Shown here in pieces: positions 16,141 to 19,467 of a stretch of DNA of 19,467 nucleotides; position 1 is the first letter of the stretch, and the number at the start of each line of letters is the position of its first letter. A model generated the notes under the pieces. That model had not been told where the DNA came from, searched no databases, and saw only the letters and a program-made list of their open reading frames with translations. The stretch comes from Bdellovibrionota bacterium FG-1 (lineage in GTDB: Bacteria; Bdellovibrionota; UBA1018): contig JBBCAW010000025.1 in the NCBI GenBank assembly GCA_051382295.1, positions 1 through 19,467 on the forward strand, written 5' to 3'. A program made the translations under genes and the position numbers.

Positions 16141-18030
16141 ATGGAAAACAAAAGCGAACTTTTTCATCCTTCGCCAGAAGTTGTTCAAAATGCGAACATC
16201 AAAGACTATGCTTCGCTTTATCAGCGCTCGATTCAAGATCGAGAAGGTTTTTGGGCCGAAGAAGCGAGTAAACTGGAATGGTTTCAAAAATGGGACAAGG
16301 TCCTTGACGATAGCAACAAACCTTTTTACAAATGGTTTACAGGTGGAAAATTCAATCTGGTCCACAACGCCATCGATCGTCACGTCAAGACCTGGAAGAA
16401 AAACAAGTTAGCCTTGATCTGGGAAGGGGAGCCTGGCGAAACCCGGACCTATTCCTATCACGCGCTGAATCGTGAGGTCTGTCGGTTTGCTTCAGTCTTG
16501 AAGAGCATGGGCGTGAAAAAGGGCGAGATCGTCACGATCTATATGCCCCAGATTCCGGAACTTCCGATTGCCATGCTGGCCTGCGCTAAAATTGGCGCGG
16601 TCCACTCCGTCGTTTATGGTGGGTTTAGTTTCGAGGCCTTGGCCACCCGAATTCGCGATGCCAATAGTCGCGTGGTGATCACGGCCGATGGAGGATTTCG
16701 TCGAGGAAAGATCATCGACCTCAAGAGTATCGTCAATGAAGCCCTTCAAAATACACCCACGGTCGAAGTTTGCATTACGGTTCGTCGCACCGGCCAAGCC
16801 GTTGTCATGGAAAATGACCGGGATTTTTGGCTTCACGATCTGATGGCGCTTCCGATTGCGAGTACACTCTGCGAAACCGAAGTTTTGGATGCCGAGGCGC
16901 CACTCTTTATCCTGTATACTTCGGGAACAACTGGCTTACCGAAGGGGCTGGTGCATACTCACGCGGGCTATTCGGTTTATACCGCGACGACGCTCAACTA
17001 CGTCTTTGACCTTCACGAAGAGGATCGTTTTTGGTGCACCGCAGATCCAGGTTGGATCACTGGACATAGCTATCTGGTTTATGGGCCACTTCTGAATGGC
17101 GCTACGGTCATGATGTATGAGGGGGCGCCCAATCATCCCTATCCCAATCGCTGGTGGCAGATCATCGAAAAATACGGCATTTCGATTTTGTATACCTCGC
17201 CTACGGCGATTCGTGGGCTCATGCGCTTTGGTGAACAATGGCCCAAGCGGCATAATTTAAGTTCGCTACGATTATTGGGGTCGGTGGGCGAGCCGATTAA
17301 TCCTGAAGCTTGGCGTTGGTATCATCGCGTGATTGGGCAGAATCGTTGTCCCATTATGGATACCTGGTGGCAGACTGAAACGGGTGGGTTTGTGATTACT
17401 CCCTTGCCGATCACGCCGCTGAAACCCGGCTCTGCCACTCAACCTTTCTTTGGGCATGAAGTGGCCATTGTGAATGACGAAGGCACGCCTGTCGAAGTCG
17501 GCCAAGAAGGACACCTGGTTTTGAAGGCCCCTTGGCCTGGAATGGCTCGAACCATTCATGGAGATCCGGAACGCTTCAAAAGTACTTATTGGAGCCAGTA
17601 CGAAAAGCAAGGCTGGTACAAACCCGGTGATGCCGCTCGCGTGGATTCGGACGGTTATGTTTGGATTATTGGGCGTACTGATGATGTGATCAAAGTCAGT
17701 GGTCATCGTCTCGGAACGGCTGAGATCGAGAGTGCGCTGGTGAGCCATTCCGATGTGGCCGAAGCTGCCGTCATCGGCTTGCCCCATGAGGTCAAAGGAC
17801 AGGGGATTTACTGTTTTGTCATTCTCAAACACGGCAAGACGGGGAGTAAAGAATTGGAAGACCAACTCAAACGTCATGTGGATCACCATCTTGGATCCGT
17901 AGGCCGCCCCGAGAAGATCACTTTCATGGACGCCCTCCCCAAAACCCGAAGTGGTAAGATCATGCGCCGTGTTCTTAAGGCGCGGGCATTAGGGCAGGAC
18001 GTAGGGGATATCTCTACACTGGAAGAATAG
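16141..18030 (+). CDS. acs: Acetate--CoA ligase (AMP-forming acetyl-CoA synthetase)
   Basis: LYTSGTTGLPKG, TADPGWITGHSY, SVGEPINPEAW, DTWWQTETGG and PKTRSGKIMRR. Start ATG 16141. Confidence 0.96.
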   Translation: MENKSELFHPSPEVVQNANIKDYASLYQRSIQDREGFWAEEASKLEWFQKWDKVLDDSNKPFYKWFTGGKFNLVHNAIDRHVKTWKKNKLALIWEGEPGETRTYSYHALNREVCRFASVLKSMGVKKGEIVTIYMPQIPELPIAMLACAKIGAVHSVVYGGFSFEALATRIRDANSRVVITADGGFRRGKIIDLKSIVNEALQNTPTVEVCITVRRTGQAVVMENDRDFWLHDLMALPIASTLCETEVLDAEAPLFILYTSGTTGLPKGLVHTHAGYSVYTATTLNYVFDLHEEDRFWCTADPGWITGHSYLVYGPLLNGATVMMYEGAPNHPYPNRWWQIIEKYGISILYTSPTAIRGLMRFGEQWPKRHNLSSLRLLGSVGEPINPEAWRWYHRVIGQNRCPIMDTWWQTETGGFVITPLPITPLKPGSATQPFFGHEVAIVNDEGTPVEVGQEGHLVLKAPWPGMARTIHGDPERFKSTYWSQYEKQGWYKPGDAARVDSDGYVWIIGRTDDVIKVSGHRLGTAEIESALVSHSDVAEAAVIGLPHEVKGQGIYCFVILKHGKTGSKELEDQLKRHVDHHLGSVGRPEKITFMDALPKTRSGKIMRRVLKARALGQDVGDISTLEE

Positions 18031-18130
18031 TGCAACGCAGCAACATCCAAAGTAATTTAATTCCTGTATGGAATCAAATTATTCCCAAAGGGATTGACGT
18101 CCGCTTCAAGCCACGTTACATCTGATTTCC

Positions 18131-18661
18131 ATGAAGCAAAGTCCTACGAAGCGGGTCTCTGGATTCCTGGGGTTTTTGGGTTTCATCACTTTATTGGCGC
18201 AAGCTTCTGCCTTCGCGTCTATTCCGCCTTGCCTGGGACATGGCAAGCCACTTTCTCTCGACAATAATCAAGCGTTGGTCATGAAAAAAAGCGCACCCTT
18301 GGGCAAAACGTTTCGGGCCCACGTTGCCGGGCAAGTGACCCGAGTTTTTCCGGATAAAAATGGCCACGCACACTTTGAAATTCAGATTGGTAAGAACGCT
18401 CAGGATGTTCTCGAAGTCGTCTATAGCGAAGACTTTGGAGATATGCCGGATCCTTCAAACGGTGCGCAAGTCGAGGCTTGTGGCGATTTCATCAACGCCT
18501 ATGCTGCTAATAATGGTTACCCACCCTCGCCGTCAGGCGCTATTATTCATTGGGTCCATCGGTCGGACTCGGCTAAGCATGACAGCGGTTACGTCTACTT
18601 AGACAATGTTGTCTATGGGTATGGCAAAGACGGCAAGCCGCGCAGCCAGCTTTTCAACTGA
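18131..18661 (+). CDS. Secreted DUF3465-like protein
   Basis: Signal peptide ending ASAFA. G.V..V.PD....H..F, then IIHWVH......HDSGYV...VY resembles DUF3465. Confidence 0.65.
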   Translation: MKQSPTKRVSGFLGFLGFITLLAQASAFASIPPCLGHGKPLSLDNNQALVMKKSAPLGKTFRAHVAGQVTRVFPDKNGHAHFEIQIGKNAQDVLEVVYSEDFGDMPDPSNGAQVEACGDFINAYAANNGYPPSPSGAIIHWVHRSDSAKHDSGYVYLDNVVYGYGKDGKPRSQLFN

Positions 18662-18738
18662 ATCGCGCTCGGATGGTCAGCCCCCCGGGGGGATTGACAC
18701 TTCACGAGCATTGTGTTTATTCCGCATACGAGGGATCT

Positions 18739-19212
18739 ATGAAATTTATTCTTGTCGCACTTTTGACGCTTTGTGCTTTTCCTTTGATCTCAGCCGCCCA
18801 AGCTTCTGATGCAGAGATGGTGGTCGGGGAAATGAATCTGGTTGAGCGCTTAGTAGCTCCCGCTCAGCTCACCTTGAATATGCAAGTTGAGCTGCGTGAC
18901 GGTGTGTTCTCGTATCGCGAAGTCGCCAAAAGAGACTTGCTTATAGTCGAAGGCGAAGAGAGCACGTTTACGATCTATTTCAAGAATGAGCCTTATGTCG
19001 CCACTTTTAAGATTCGTGCAGAAAAGCCCGAATTACAGGATTCAGAAAGGTGGAGCTTGATAGTGACGCGCCAAGACACGGTGAATGGCGCTCCATCGGG
19101 CAGGTCTCGGGTCGCTCACATTGCCCTCGAGAAGAGCCGCCCGGTTTCGGTTAAGTTCTCTGGCGTATACAAGACGCAGGTTCGTGATTTTCGTCTGACA
19201 TTCTTATTTTGA
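18739..19212 (+). CDS. Hypothetical secreted protein
   Basis: SD GAGGG, MKFILVALLTLCAFPLISAAQA signal peptide, TTGACA at 18694 upstream. Confidence 0.7.
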   Translation: MKFILVALLTLCAFPLISAAQASDAEMVVGEMNLVERLVAPAQLTLNMQVELRDGVFSYREVAKRDLLIVEGEESTFTIYFKNEPYVATFKIRAEKPELQDSERWSLIVTRQDTVNGAPSGRSRVAHIALEKSRPVSVKFSGVYKTQVRDFRLTFLF

Positions 19213-19444
19213 GACGCGAACGGGCAACCCCAGTTCTCGGGTTCGAGTTAACATAATTACTCTTATCAGACCTTGGGACGGGCCAATGCAAAGCCCTCTT
19301 GTCCGCCTTCAGCGGCTCTAGGGGGTTCTCCGGCAGCTTCGGATAATGGGATGGACCCACCCCGGTTCACAAAACGGCTTCAGTGAGCCAGAATGGTCGA
19401 TGTTCTAAAACCGATCATTCAAGGAAACCTGGGAGGGTCCGATT

Positions 19445-19467
19445 ATGAAAATTACCGTACTTGGTAT
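19445..19467 (+). CDS. Probable start of next gene (MKITVLG..., truncated by window end)
   Basis: GGAGG SD then ATG AAA ATT ACC GTA CTT GGT. Only 7 codons are visible, and another frame from ATG 19393 is also open. Confidence 0.35.

Noticed and set aside
17272..17889. 205-aa antisense ORF, and similar shadows at 2582-3163, 7450-8055 and 13023-13514
   Set aside because: Each lies fully within a well-supported gene and has no recognisable motifs.
18681..18692. C6G6 palindrome as terminator or operator
   Set aside because: Low complexity, no loop and no U tract; I cannot support a function.
19213..19400. c-di-GMP-I riboswitch (GGGACG...GCAAAGCC fragments)
   Set aside because: The motif pieces are interrupted and the GNRA-capped stem and closing helix are not evident; an Rfam/Infernal scan would be needed.
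1728..19467. Complete DGR cassette (template repeat, RT, avd)
   Set aside because: By eye I found no second copy of the 1593-1727 region and no ORF with RT motifs such as YxDD in an RT context.

Overview
Bacterial chromosomal window of about 16 genes; gene style suggests Bdellovibrionota/Oligoflexia or another deltaproteobacterium-like lineage (inference only). It opens inside a 5'-truncated surface/fibre-like gene with 288-bp (96-aa) tandem repeats and a C-terminal DUF1566/C-type-lectin-like head, the domain class used as diversity-generating retroelement (DGR) targets; I found no reverse transcriptase or template repeat in the window. It also encodes two uncharacterised Cys-rich lipoproteins, two different stand-alone P-loop ATPase + PD-(D/E)xK genes (each with a clear sigma70 promoter overlapped by its own palindromic operator-like element), a soluble CZB chemoreceptor, DUF302, a SAM methyltransferase, an alkaline-phosphatase-superfamily protein, a SprT/DUF2786 metalloprotease, a Phd-VapC toxin-antitoxin pair, an orphan family-5 solute-binding protein, bcp, acs and two small secreted proteins. 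No rRNA, tRNA, CRISPR array, transposase or integrase was recognised. All family calls come from motif recognition by eye, not database searches.
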